Part shown: positions 47,629 through 48,485 of the stretch, piece after piece
Layout: every line of letters starts with the position of its first letter
Position numbering within the stretch: position 1 is the first letter of the stretch
NCBI GenBank assembly: GCA_026025075.1
Contig: JAPEUI010000120.1
Location: 1 to 48,485, forward strand
Length of the DNA: 48,485 nt
Direction: 5' to 3'
DNA from: Vezdaea acicularis
Taxonomy: Eukaryota
Translations under genes and position numbers: made by a program
Notes under the pieces: generated by a model
Seen by the model: only the letters and a program-made list of their open reading frames with translations
What the model was told of the DNA's origin: nothing
The model's database searches: none

Positions 47629-48485
47629 ATGCGTGGGAGAAACATTCTTGTCACAAGGCCTTTCGCGCAAGCAATTACATTAGCTCGCCCACACCGCACG
47701 AATCTCCTGTTACGTCCAGTGTATATTTCGTTCCCCTTAATCAGCCCTAAATACACAACAATGCCTCCTAAGAAAGCCACTACCAATGGCAAACGCAAGG
47801 CATCCCCCGAGCCCGCAAAACCCTCGAAAAAGCAAGCTACGCTAAATAACGGGTCTGTTGGGAAAACAGATGGAGCCACCGAAGGCTCTGAAGACAACGG
47901 ATACGTCCTACGCAAATACTATCCTCCAGAGATGAGCAATGCCCGAGCCCTGCAATACAGCAACGGCCAGATCCCCCGTCCGGCAAAAGTCCTTGAAGAC
48001 ACTATCAAACAAACACAAGCAGAGCGCGCAAAGATCAAAGCCAAAGACGCCGTCATCCATTGGTACAAATGGGACCTACGAACCTATGACAACAAAGCCC
48101 TCCACCTCGCATCCGAGAAAGCCAAAGCAGCGAAAGTCCCCCTGATCTGCCTCTATATCGTCAGCCCCCAAGACTTCGAAGCCCACCTCACCGCCCCCGT
48201 GCGCGTCGACTTCGTCCTCCGCACCCTCGAAGTGCTCAAAGCCGACCTCGCCAAGCTGAACATTCCCCTGCACATCGAAACGGTGGAGAAGCGCAAGACC
48301 CTCGGCGGACGCATCCTCGCCCTCGCCGAAGAATGGGGCGCCAACCACATCTACGCCAACATGGAATACGAAGTCGACGAGCTCCGCCGCGAAGCGACAC
48401 TCATGCGCGCCGCGCTCGAGAAAGGCATCGACTTCACCTGCGTGCACGACACCTGCGTCGTCGCCCCCGGCGAGCTCGCCAGCGG
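47629..48485 (+). CDS. PHR1: Class I CPD photolyase, 5' part (runs off the window); main ATG 47761, in-frame upstream ATG 47629
   Basis: Not in the ORF track because there is no stop in the window. Translation gives VLRKYYPPEMSNARA, VIHWYKWDLRTYDNKALHLAS, LYIVSPQDFEAHLTAPVRVDFVLRTL, IYANMEYEVDELRRE, VHDTCVVAPGEL. Confidence 0.94.
   Translation, partial: MRGRNILVTRPFAQAITLARPHRTNLLLRPVYISFPLISPKYTTMPPKKATTNGKRKASPEPAKPSKKQATLNNGSVGKTDGATEGSEDNGYVLRKYYPPEMSNARALQYSNGQIPRPAKVLEDTIKQTQAERAKIKAKDAVIHWYKWDLRTYDNKALHLASEKAKAAKVPLICLYIVSPQDFEAHLTAPVRVDFVLRTLEVLKADLAKLNIPLHIETVEKRKTLGGRILALAEEWGANHIYANMEYEVDELRREATLMRAALEKGIDFTCVHDTCVVAPGELAS

Overview
This is eukaryotic, intron-rich DNA from a filamentous ascomycete (Pezizomycotina). 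The inserted secreted Cys-rich and Ser/Thr-rich genes hint at a lichen-forming lineage, but that is inference only. The first ~22.5 kb is a compact housekeeping block, largely in divergent pairs: RPT1/CCT4, a PX-domain protein, TspO/ARS2(SERRATE), TMA22, borealin/RPN10, a secreted Cys-rich protein, TRM5 and RPB4/TRS23. After it come ~5 kb of apparently decayed secreted-protein genes, then tricalbin, a Zn2Cys6 transcription factor, an RBR E3 ligase, a secreted Ser/Thr-rich protein with a decayed tandem paralog, a 2-kb GC-rich non-coding island, a LicD-family gene, and the 5' part of a CPD photolyase. The most interesting signals are: a ~125-nt fold-back element resembling the fungal SRP RNA Alu domain plus terminal helix but lacking the S domain (20331-20455); hidden mitochondrial-presequence-like N-terminal extensions on photolyase (weak upstream AUG) and TRM5 (spliced, possibly CUG-initiated); a possible poison/alternative acceptor in the long ARS2 intron; three GC-AG introns; and a start codon split by an intron. 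No tRNA, rRNA, CRISPR array or transposase was recognised. Exon boundaries were read by eye.
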